Shown: positions 44,605-54,400 of the stretch, piece after piece
Numbering within the stretch: the first letter of the stretch is position 1
Layout of the letters: every line of letters begins with the position of its first letter
Assembly: GCA_965240325.2 (NCBI GenBank)
Contig: OZ251229.1
Location: 2,836,836 to 2,900,835 of the forward strand
DNA from: Rebecca billardiae RCC1528
Taxonomy: Eukaryota; Protista; Haptophyta
Length of the DNA stretch: 64,000 nucleotides
Reading direction: 5' to 3'
Notes under the pieces: model-generated
Databases searched by the model: none
What the model was told of the DNA's origin: nothing
Seen by the model: only the letters and a program-made list of their open reading frames with translations
Made by a program: the position numbers and the translations under genes

Positions 44605-44811
44605 TCGCAGTATTTTCGCAGATCACGTTCATCACGTATACCTACTACTGCACTTTAGAAGAGTGCCTGGCCCTGGCCCTGGGCCTGCACTTGGCCGAGC
44701 CGACGTTCCGCGATGGGCCCGGCAGCGCAGGCCCAGTAACAGTTTCCGCCCGATCCAGCTATATACATATATATAGCCGATTAGCCGCCTATACTGGCTA
44801 TATAGCGCCGC

Positions 44812-45256
44812 CTAGCTAGCACACGCCAAAGATGCCGCACGCCACGTTCCCGACGGTGATCCTGTACAGCGTGGTGGCCATGAGCTGCAGGCGCGCGCGC
44901 ACGCCCGCACGGTCGACACGGCCACGGGCACGGGGCAGGGGCTCATCATCGTGAGACAGCAGCACATACAACACGCGGGTACGAGGTGTGCGTGTGTAGC
45001 ATCTCTGCCACAGTCACACCTCACCACGCGCGCTGGGTGCCTTGGCGCGCGGCAGCGCGCGCGCGGCTCACGGGCCGCGGGGTGAAACAGCGGGCCGCAC
45101 TGCGCGGCCGGCTTTGCGACTCGGGCGCGCAGCAGCGCGCGGTGGCGGTGGGCGCGCACCGCAAGGAAGCAACCGCCGCCGCACAGAGCTTGCGGCGGCG
45201 GCGACGGCGGCGGGGGCGGCGGGGAGGGAGGCGGCGATGGCGGCGGCGGCTGGCTC

Positions 45257-45287
<31 letters not shown>

Positions 45288-47130
45288 ACGGCGGCGGCGT
45301 GGGTGGCGGCGGCGGCGGCGGTGACGGCGGCGGTGACGGCGGCGGCGTGGGTGGCGGCGGTGGCGGTGGGGACGGCGGCGGGCTCGGCGGCGGCGTTGGT
45401 GGCGGCAGCGGCGGCGGGGACGGTGGCGGCAGTGGTTCGAGGGGCGGCGGCGGGCTTGGTGGTGGCGCCGGTGGCAGCGGCGGGCTGGGCGGCGGGCTGG
45501 GCGGCGGGCTGGGCGGCGGCGAGCTGGGTGGCGGTGGGCTCAACGGCGGGCTTGGCGGCGGCTGCGACGGTGGCGGGCTCGGCGGTGGGCTCGGCGACGC
45601 CGGCGGCGGCGGCGAGCTCGGCGGGTTCGGCGGCGGGCTCGGCGGGCTCGGCGGCGGCAACGCGGTCGAGAAGGCCTCCAGGAAGCACGTCTCCGTACCC
45701 GACTGGCACTTGCTGAGGGCGCCGTCGCCCAGGTCGATGGGCGTCAGCCCGTCGCCAAACTCGGTCGCCAATTCGCTGCCTTGGCGGGTCGAACCTTCGC
45801 CATGGCCGAGGTGCGGCCAGTAGCCGACGCACGTGAAGGTGCAGTCGTCGAGGAGCACGCAGTTCGACTCCTCGCCCATCTCGAACTTGCAGATCGTCCG
45901 GTTGCGGTTCTCCGGGTCGGACGGGTGCCTGCCCAGGTAGACGGGCTTGAGGCCGTCGCCCATCGTCCCCGCCTCCTCGCCTCGGTCCACGTTGTCTCCA
46001 GTCATGAGCAGGCCGCCGCCCCCACCGTCGCCCCAGCACACGTAGGAGCCGTCGTCGCGCAGCACGCACGTCGAGCCGCAGCTGGGCGACGCGAGGCTCA
46101 CCGCGACGGCCGTCCTGTTCTTGCCAAGGTCGACGTAGGGCAGCTTGTCGCCCATCAGGTTGGGCAGCACGTCGTCGAACCCGTTGCCGCGATCGAGCTC
46201 GTCCTCGTAGCCCAGCGCACCGCAGCCGCCCTCCCCCCAGCACTTGAGACCGTCGTTGTCGAGGATCGCGCAGACGTGCACAGCGGAGAACGCCATCCTC
46301 TCTACCGTCCTGTTTCCGCCCAGGTTGACGGCCGGGAGCTTGTCGCCCATGAGATGGCAGTCGTCGCACCCCGTTATTACGTTCGCGCCGCGGTCCCAGC
46401 GGTCGTTGTAGCCGAGCTGGCCCCTCGGGTTGTCGCCCCAGCACTTGAGGGACCGGTCATCGAGGATGGCGCAGAACGAGGCATAGCCGGCATAGAGGTC
46501 CACGGCGTACCGCCCCGCCCCGAAGTCGATGGCCGTCAGGCTGTCGCCCATCTCGCCTGGGTCGTCGCCGACGTCCTGCGAGGGCGAGGATTCCAGGCCG
46601 ATGCCGAGCCACTTCGCATAGCCGAAGCATCGGATGGTGGTGTCGTTGAGGAAGAGGCACCGGGCCGCCTCGCCGACGCCCGCCTTCACGATGGCCGTGC
46701 CGGACGGCAGCTCGATGGCCGGCAGCTTGTCGCCCATCGTGCCATTTACGTCGCCTCGGTCGACAAGGTCGCCGGTCCCGAGACGGCCGTTCCTCGCCCT
46801 GCCCCAGCACTTGAAGTCGCCGTTGTCGAGGAGCGCGCAGGCGCTGTCTTCCATCGTCGAGTAGAGCTGCCTCACCGTGCGCCCCGTGCCCAGGTCGATC
46901 GCCGGCAGGTTGTTGCCCATCTCGCCGGGGGCGTCGCCGCGGTCCTCGACGTCGCCGTGGCCGTGCCTTCCGTAGCCGCCTTTCCCCCAGCACTTGGTCT
47001 CACCCGTGTCGAGGACGGCGCACGCGGGGCCGCCGCAGCCGCCCATGACGAACTCGAAGCACGTCGCAGGGGCCACAGCCCACGCCGCGAGCGTTAGGAG
47101 CGCGCCGAGCGACGAGGGCGGTCGAGACAT
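44812..47130 (-). CDS. Secreted RCC1-repeat protein with (SPPP)n tail
   Basis: Signal peptide. Repeated CAxLD..xKCWG...G..G..DRGD...xMGDxLPxxxLG units. Pro-rich tract 45190-45660. The exact 3' end is uncertain. Confidence 0.85.
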
Positions 47131-48345
47131 GGTAGCGTCGGAGCGAGGTCGTCGAGGTTGGGAGCCGCCGCGCTCAGGCCGCGGCTCGCGAGCGCCCGCG
47201 CCGGTCGCGAATGATGCAGATGTATGATTAATCACTAGATAAAGAACTTGATCACTGGACGTGGAGTGGTGGACCCTTGGTGATGAGAGGTGGACCCTGA
47301 TTGTTATTGTTGGAGCTGTCTGGAGTGGTCCGAGTGGATGGTGAAAAATTGGCGCCAGTTGATGAGCAAGCCCTACTGTATCTCCCCGCGTGGAGATAGC
47401 TCCAGGAGCCGGCTCGAAACCGCGTCCAATGGTTGGCGTTTGATTAGATGATGATTCATCAGTGATTAATGACTAGTCACACTCCATCCACGGTGCCCGG
47501 GCCACACTCTGACATGACTCATGAGTGACAATCATCTGACTGACCGGTCAACTGACTGGCTGACAGACAGAGTCGCCTGGCCGCTTGACAGCGTCAGGTG
47601 GCGGCCGGCATCTCCAAGTTGCGCCGCGGGCAGGCGTGGCCAGCGGACGGCCATGCGCTGATCGACTGTACCTGCATCGCCGGCGGCCTGCGGCGCTCAC
47701 GCGGTCGCGCCGGGGTGCCGGCTGCAATTGCGTCTGCCGACTATGCCGATAGTGCCTCGGCACGCTGTAATTTTAGCGCTGTTACGGCATCAGCTGCGGT
47801 GAATAATGACATCACTTATTAACAGTCAGTATAGTCAATTAGTTATAATTAATAATTGACTATACAATCAGTCTCAGACCAAACTGAGGCTTTCGGCACT
47901 CCCGCCCACCCTCACCCTGGCGGCGCAGCGTGACCGGCCATGGGCGCAGAAGAAGTGACGAGCCGGCCACGCGCAGGCGAGCCATCCCGTTTACATGAGA
48001 CTGAGTAGTCGTGTCAGTCAGAAGGGGTCGTCAGTGACACGGTACTCGGTAGGCGCCGCCGCCGGACCAGACCTCGTCGCCCGCCTCTCGCAGTCTCGCG
48101 CCGTCGCCCAGGGCCAGGCCCCAGCGTTCGTCTGAGTCGCTGGCAGGCGCGCGGCACCAACCAGGCGAGGCCGCCACTGGTAGGGCCGAGTCCAGACCTG
48201 CTGTGGCAGCTGTGCAGCCAGTGCACGGCCAAGTTCAAAGCCTGCGCTCTGCGACACCGCCAACCGCGCCGCCAACTGAAACCTTGACAGACAGAGGCGT
48301 GCAGGGTAATCTGACCCCGCGCCCCTCTCGCGGGCTCTGGCGCGC

Positions 48346-48794
48346 GAGCGCTTATTCACTACTGGCCGAGGAGCCTGGGGATTGGCGCTCCGTACACCAG
48401 CGATGGCAGCCCCAGCCGCATGTTGCTACTCGACGCCTCGTCTCGCTTCGCGCGGAGCCAACTTGTGGTGTGCGGGAGGCCGGGAGCCACCTAAACAATA
48501 AATTTACTTAACTCGAAGCACACTGGGCCGTGTAGAATGCATTGAGTGCATATGAATGCCTGCCCCATGGCGCGTCATGCACCGCCGTGTGTTCCGATGC
48601 ACTCCCGACTGGCGACTGGCGACGCGCTGCGCGCTGCACAGCCTGTGCTTCGGGTGCCGGCGGCTCCCGCACATCACCACAAGAGTTGGCTCTGCGCGAA
48701 GCGAGACGAGGTGTCGAGTGGCAGCACGCGGATGCCTTCGATGATGCACGCAGTGCCAATCCCCGGCTCCTCGGCCAGTAGTGAATAAGCGCTC
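48346..48794. mobile_element. Degenerate MITE-like inverted repeat (~145-bp arms)
   Basis: 48346-48490 matches the reverse complement of 48651-48794, starting with an identical GAGCGCTTATTCACTACTGGCCGAGGAGCC. No clear TSD. Confidence 0.6.
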
Positions 48795-48950
48795 TGCGTG
48801 GTCCGCCGTTCGGGTGGCAGGTTGCCGCGCCATCCTTCATCGCACTATGGGGGTATCCACACTGTTCACGCCTTAACTGTACGATACATACGGAAAGTCG
48901 GAAACCAATACCGTAAGTCCGTAACCGGGCATGCACAAGTAACGCGCAGC

Positions 48951-50798
48951 ATGGCGTCGACCCGACGCGGCCGCGCGGTATGCGCGGCGCTCGTCGCGGC
49001 GGCGGTGCTGAGCACGGCCACGCAGCTCTATTTCGTCTGGCAACGCGGCGTGGCGACGCTGTCGCACCACGCGTCCGGCCATCCGGCAGCGGGCACCGCC
49101 GCGCGCGACGGCGGCGGCGCGCCGGCCGGCGCGAGCACTGCCGGCGCAGCCGCGCGCGAGCCGGCGTCGCCCACGGCGTTCGCGAGCCCGAGCCCGGAGC
49201 CAGCCGCGCGGGGCCGCGCCGATCCCGCCGCCGCCGAGCTGCCGCCGAGCCCGCCCGCCGACGAGCTCCGCGCTGTGCGCGCGCGCGCGCACGCCGCGCT
49301 CGCCTCGCCCAACTGCACAGTGGACGGCGCCGAGCGCGCGCTCGCGGCGCGCTGCCCGCACCGGCCGTCGCTGGGCGCGCTGTGCGAGATGCGCTCGCGC
49401 CTCGTGCCCTTCTGCGAGGGCGCGAGCTCGGGCTCGTGCATGGCCAACGCCGAGCGCGACGGCGTCCTCTGCGACCTGCGGCGCGTGTACATTGCGCGGC
49501 GCGGCGCGCAGCGCGGCTACAGCAAGCGCGCGGGCGGCGGCGACGGCGGCAAGCTCGACCGGCCGCACCACGTGCGCCCCGCGCCGGGCGCGCTACGCAT
49601 GCACTGCGACGCGCGCTTCACACCGCCGCTCGCCGCGGCCACGGCGGGCGGCGCGCGCTACCGCGACTCCTCGTGGGACGCCGACCTCTGGCTGGGCGGG
49701 GGCGCGCTCGCCGCCACGCCGCCGGCGAACGCGTGGCCAGCGTCGGCGGCCGGGTCGTGCGCGCCGGGGACGACGCTCGGCGTGCTGCGGTACTCGGCGC
49801 CCAACTTCTACCACAACTTCGAGGCGCTGCTCGCCGCGCTCGAGTCCCTCTTCCTCGCCGGCGTGCCGCCGGGCGCTGGCGTGCGCGTGCTCTTCCTCGA
49901 CAACTATCGGCGCACGCAGCCGCTCACCATGCAGTTTGAGCCGCTCTGGGCCGGTCTGCTCTCAGACGGTCCGGCGCGGCACTTCTGGGCGGAGGGGCAG
50001 CGTACGCCCGGCGCGGACGCCGGCGGCGAGGACGGCGAGTGCTTCGAGCGGCTGCTGCTCCCCTTCTCCCAGCGCGCGTCGCACACCGCGCTGCGGCAGA
50101 GCGTGTTGCGCCAGCCGGGGCCGCACTGCCTCCGCCCCAACCCTTTGCTGTTACACGTGCTGAGGCACGCGCGCGCCGCGCTCGCGCCGCGCGCGGCGCT
50201 GCTCGCCGAGCCCGACCCCTCCGGCGCGCCGCCGAGCCGCCAGCCGCCGCTGCGCGTGGTGCTCTCCGCGCGCCGCCACCTCGCGGTCGGCGGCGACTCC
50301 AAGACCATCTCCCGCCAGCTGGGCAACGAGGACGAGGTGGTGGCGGCGCTGCGCGATATGGCGGCCGAGCTCGGCGCGCGGCGCGGCGTGGCCGCGCGCG
50401 TCGAGCGGCACGACTTCGCCGCGCTCACGCTCGCGCAGCAGCTCGAGCTCGACGCGCGCACGCACGTGCTCGTGGGCAACCACGGCGCCGGGCTCGCGCA
50501 CTGCGCGTTCCTCCCGCCGCGCGCCAGCTGCGTCGAGATCTCGTCCGGCTGCGACAAGCCGGCGGCTGTGAGCGCGTCGGTGGCGTTCATGTATAGCAAC
50601 CTCGCGCGCTGGACGGGCCACGGCTACGCGTGCTTCTACGCGCCGCACGCGCGCGAGGTGGACGGGAGGCGGGTCGACGCGCGCGCGCTCGCGGCCGTCG
50701 TGCGCGCCGAGCTCGAGAAGCAGCTGATGACGCGGCCGCCACGAGGCCCCGGGCAGGGGCGGTCTGCTGGCGGCGACGATGATGACGCGACTGCGTAG
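48951..50798 (+). CDS. Type II membrane glycosyltransferase family 61 (DUF563/EOGT-like)
   Basis: N-terminal TM segment, NFYHNF, RQLGNEDEV, LTLAQQLE...THVLVGNHGAGLAH..FLPP, YSNLARWTG. Confidence 0.85.
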   Translation: MASTRRGRAVCAALVAAAVLSTATQLYFVWQRGVATLSHHASGHPAAGTAARDGGGAPAGASTAGAAAREPASPTAFASPSPEPAARGRADPAAAELPPSPPADELRAVRARAHAALASPNCTVDGAERALAARCPHRPSLGALCEMRSRLVPFCEGASSGSCMANAERDGVLCDLRRVYIARRGAQRGYSKRAGGGDGGKLDRPHHVRPAPGALRMHCDARFTPPLAAATAGGARYRDSSWDADLWLGGGALAATPPANAWPASAAGSCAPGTTLGVLRYSAPNFYHNFEALLAALESLFLAGVPPGAGVRVLFLDNYRRTQPLTMQFEPLWAGLLSDGPARHFWAEGQRTPGADAGGEDGECFERLLLPFSQRASHTALRQSVLRQPGPHCLRPNPLLLHVLRHARAALAPRAALLAEPDPSGAPPSRQPPLRVVLSARRHLAVGGDSKTISRQLGNEDEVVAALRDMAAELGARRGVAARVERHDFAALTLAQQLELDARTHVLVGNHGAGLAHCAFLPPRASCVEISSGCDKPAAVSASVAFMYSNLARWTGHGYACFYAPHAREVDGRRVDARALAAVVRAELEKQLMTRPPRGPGQGRSAGGDDDDATA

Positions 50799-51110
50799 CA
50801 TAGCGCAGGCTGCGGAGCTACCTTCGTCGGTGATCCGCCGCAGTAGTTGATGTCAGCACTTCGCGCCGAGGCGAACCGGCGCGTCGTGGTCTCAATAGTA
50901 CGTAGCGTACTCAGACTCAGTAGTATGTACGGTTAACGGTATATACGCGCGTATATATATAGCGCAGCAGTTACGTGATGATGCGCGCGCGCAGATCGAA
51001 GCGCCTGCTGCTATACTCGACATCATGCGCATCGTTACCCGCGCCGGACCGTACGAGCCGAGCAGCCGTATACGTCGCGTGCCGCGGCCATTGTAACTCT
51101 ATACTACAGC

Positions 51111-51335
51111 GGCAATCGCGGGCTAAATGAGGAGCCGTCACGTTAAGAATAAGATCGATCGAATAACTGGCTGGGGCTTGCTATCTGCGGATCTGGCCTA
51201 GAAACTGAGACTAGCAGATTGGCTGGTTCGCTATACGCATAGTCACATACTAAGAAACCGGGACTAGTGTCGTCGCGGCTGACGAGTGGTCCGCCGTAGT
51301 AGTGAGGCGCAGTACGTGGCGGCCCGTGGGACCGG
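51111..51335 (+). repeat. Dispersed repeat, uninterrupted paralog of 15207-15287 + 17361-17625
   Basis: Shared blocks ggcaatcgcgggc, ggagc.gtcacgtta, tagaaactgagac, gattggctgg, ttcgctatacgc, gaaaccggga, gagtggtccgcc and gcccgtgggac. Confidence 0.7.
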
Positions 51336-51422
51336 CGTCCGTCCGTGACGCGCTGCCAGGCCCGACTACGAGTGCGTGCGTAGTACAGGCTAGTAGTCGT
51401 CATCATCAGCATATATATATAT

Positions 51423-54400
51423 GGCTCTGGTCACTGTCCGGGACGTCCAGCAGGGGTGCATTTAACCATTTGGGGGGGGTCTGGGGGGGGCTCCCCCCAG
51501 CCCATCGAAGGACCAAATACGCCTCAATAGGGGCCCAACTCGCCAGATTTGCATGGGCGGCAGACTGAGACTGCCGCAAATGCGGCCCGCTGAGCCTGAG
51601 GGCCGGAGCCGTGCAGCGGCGTCGATTGACAGCGTCAGCTGTGCGCCGCCTCGCGACGACCATGCGACGCCTCGCACAAAGCCCTGATCTCGGCGTCTCC
51701 CTCGCTAGTCAAGACGTAGCGTAGTGCTGGATCGAGCGACGCATTGACCGCCGCCGCGGCCGCCGCACCTCGGCGCGCTCGCGAACTCGCTGAGCCGTCA
51801 GCCAAGCGCGAGCTCGTGCGCACGCCCGCGCCTCCGCGAGCTGACGGCACGGCCCGGGGCGCGAGCAGCTCGACGCCGACAGCGCGCAGCTCGCTCGAGT
51901 TGACGCGCAGCTTCTCGCCCGGCGGCGACTCCCAGTGCACGAAGGTGCGCCCGGTCGGATCGTCGGCTGTGCGGTGCAGCCAGCGCCGCACGCAGATCAC
52001 CGACTCGCCCTGGTCGAAGCGGGTGCCCTCGTACGTCTCGCGCCGCGCGAAGGTCTTCTCGATGGGAGAGCCCGAGCCATTGGCGTCGCCCAGCTCGCAC
52101 AGCCAGAAATGCCCCGGCCGGAGATGCGGCTCCTCCTCGGTCGACCACAGCTCGCGCGCTTGCACTGCGGCGTACTGCCCGGCCTTGAACTTGCTGTGGC
52201 TCGTGAGCTTGCTCACGAGCGCCTGCGCACGCTTCCGCGAGTTCGCGATGCCGGCGGCATCTCGGCGCATGATCCTGCGCGCGTCGAGCCGGGTGTGCTG
52301 CGCCTGCGCACAGTCAGGCACCTCCAAGTCAGCCGGCGAGTCCCCCAGCTCAGCAAGCGCTGCACAGCACGCGCCGCACCAGCACTCGCACTTGCGCGCG
52401 TCGCACATCCCCGTGCCAGTCCGCATCCGAAAGGAGTACAGCTTCGAGACGCCCACGAGTCCCTCGTAGATCGGCTCGACCGTCGGGAAGCGCTTCTCCA
52501 TCTCGTCCTTGTCGATGTACAGCACGACCATCTGGTTGATCTTGGTGTGCGCGTGCGCGCGGAGCCACTCCTCCGTGCACACGGCGCGCCGCAGATGCTC
52601 GGCGACCTCCAGCGCTGTTGTGATGCGCCCGCTCGCGGTCAGGCACTTCTCGTTGACGATGGCGCGGCGCACAGCCGTCTTGATCACCGCGCCGACGCCA
52701 TCCCAGGGCCCTTTGCCGTGCCCCGGACAGCCAAACGAGACCCAGATCTCGTACATGAACTCGTGCATGTCTGAGGCCGACCGGACAGCGCGCCGCTTCT
52801 CGTCGAGCGTCTCCGACCACCAGTACAGGTTGCCCGTCGCCTTGAAGTGCACGGCGTTGTCCGCCTTCTGGAGCCAGGCGACGAACTGCTCCTTGTCGAG
52901 GTCGATCAGGTACTCGTCGAACCGCGCGCGCCGCTGCGCCTCCGCCTCCGCCGCCTCCTGCGCCCGCGCGCCACGCGCGCTCATCTGCGGCGCAGGCGCC
53001 GTCGCTGATGGTGCAGCCGCATCGGGAGCCCCCTCTGGCCGCGGCGCATCCGCGCGCGGCCCGGCGGCAGACGATACCCTTGCAGCGTCCGCGCTCGGCG
53101 CAGATGCCGCCGGCGAGGATGATGACTCCTCGCGCGCGCGCGCGCCCGCGGCCGGCATGGCGGATGCCCCGGCTGATGGCCGCGGAGGCAGCGGCTGCAC
53201 GCGCGCGCGCGTGTCGGTCGACGAGTGGCGCGGCGGAAGGGGCTGCGCGCGTGTGAGTGGTGCTTGCGAACGGATGAGTGCGCCGGACGCGCGCCGAGGC
53301 GCGAGGCGCGCGCGCACCGTTGGAAACCGCGTCGCGCGGTGCGGCGCTGCTGCAGTCGGCGGTCTGGCTGCAGCCTCAGCAGCTGCTGCAACTGCTGCCG
53401 CCTCTGCGCGCGGCGCCTGTGCCCGCGGCGCCTCCGCGCGCGGCGCGGCGGCAGACGGCGCCGCCCCAGCATCCGCGCTCGGCGCAGATGCCGCCGGCGA
53501 GGATGATGACTGCTCGCGCGCGCGCGCGCCCGCGGCCGGCATGGCGGATGCCCCGGCTGATGGCCGCGGAGGCAGCGGCTGCACGCGCGCGCGCGTGTCG
53601 GTCGGCGAGTGGCGCGGCGGAAGGGGTTGCGCGCGTGTGAGTGGTGCTTGCCGATGCGTGGGTGCGCCGAGCGTGCGCCATCGCGCCAGGCGCGCGCGCA
53701 CCGTGGGAGATCCCGCCTTGTCGCTCTCGGCGTAAGCGTCTGCGGCCGCGCGGTCGCTCGTGTGCCAGAGCTCGAAGTATTTGTGGATGCGCTCAAAGAA
53801 CGCCTGCGTCGTGATGCCGACGTGGCGCTTGTCGTTCGTGACGCCGAGGAACGCCACGGTGTGCTTGACGCGCTCGCGCAGCCGGTGGCGTGGCACCTGC
53901 GTGCGAGTGCCGTCGCGCGCGACGACTGAGTACATCACGTCCGCGCCGACCAAGCTCGAGCCGGTCTCGACGGTCGTGAAGTAGGAGCCGCGCACGTAGC
54001 AGGTGCTGCCGCGCGGCGCGTCGGCTGGCTGCACGGTCACCTCCGCGCCGCGCCGCAGCGCGCTCTCGCGGCCGACCCAGCGCGACGACAAGACGAAGGT
54101 GACGATCGAGATCAGGAGCGAGTAGTACTTGATGTGCCAGTACTCGCTCTGCATCTGCAGCTTGACGAGCAGCTCGCCGTTCTCCGCCCAATCAGAGGCG
54201 GCCACGAGCCACCACGGCACCATGTTGTCCGAGAGCATCTGGTCGGCCAGCTTGGTCTGCGCGATGTGGAATCGGTGCGGCAGCCAGCCCACCATCACGT
54301 CGACCAGGTGGTCGAGGAAGTCGATCACCGTCCCCTTCACCGTGTGCCGCAGGTCGTCCTCGTCGCCGGCCGCAGTCGAGTCAGTACCGCCCGGCTTGAT

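Noticed and set aside
44382-44819. Poly-Tyr ORF
   Set aside because: It is a translation of the (ATT)n microsatellite.
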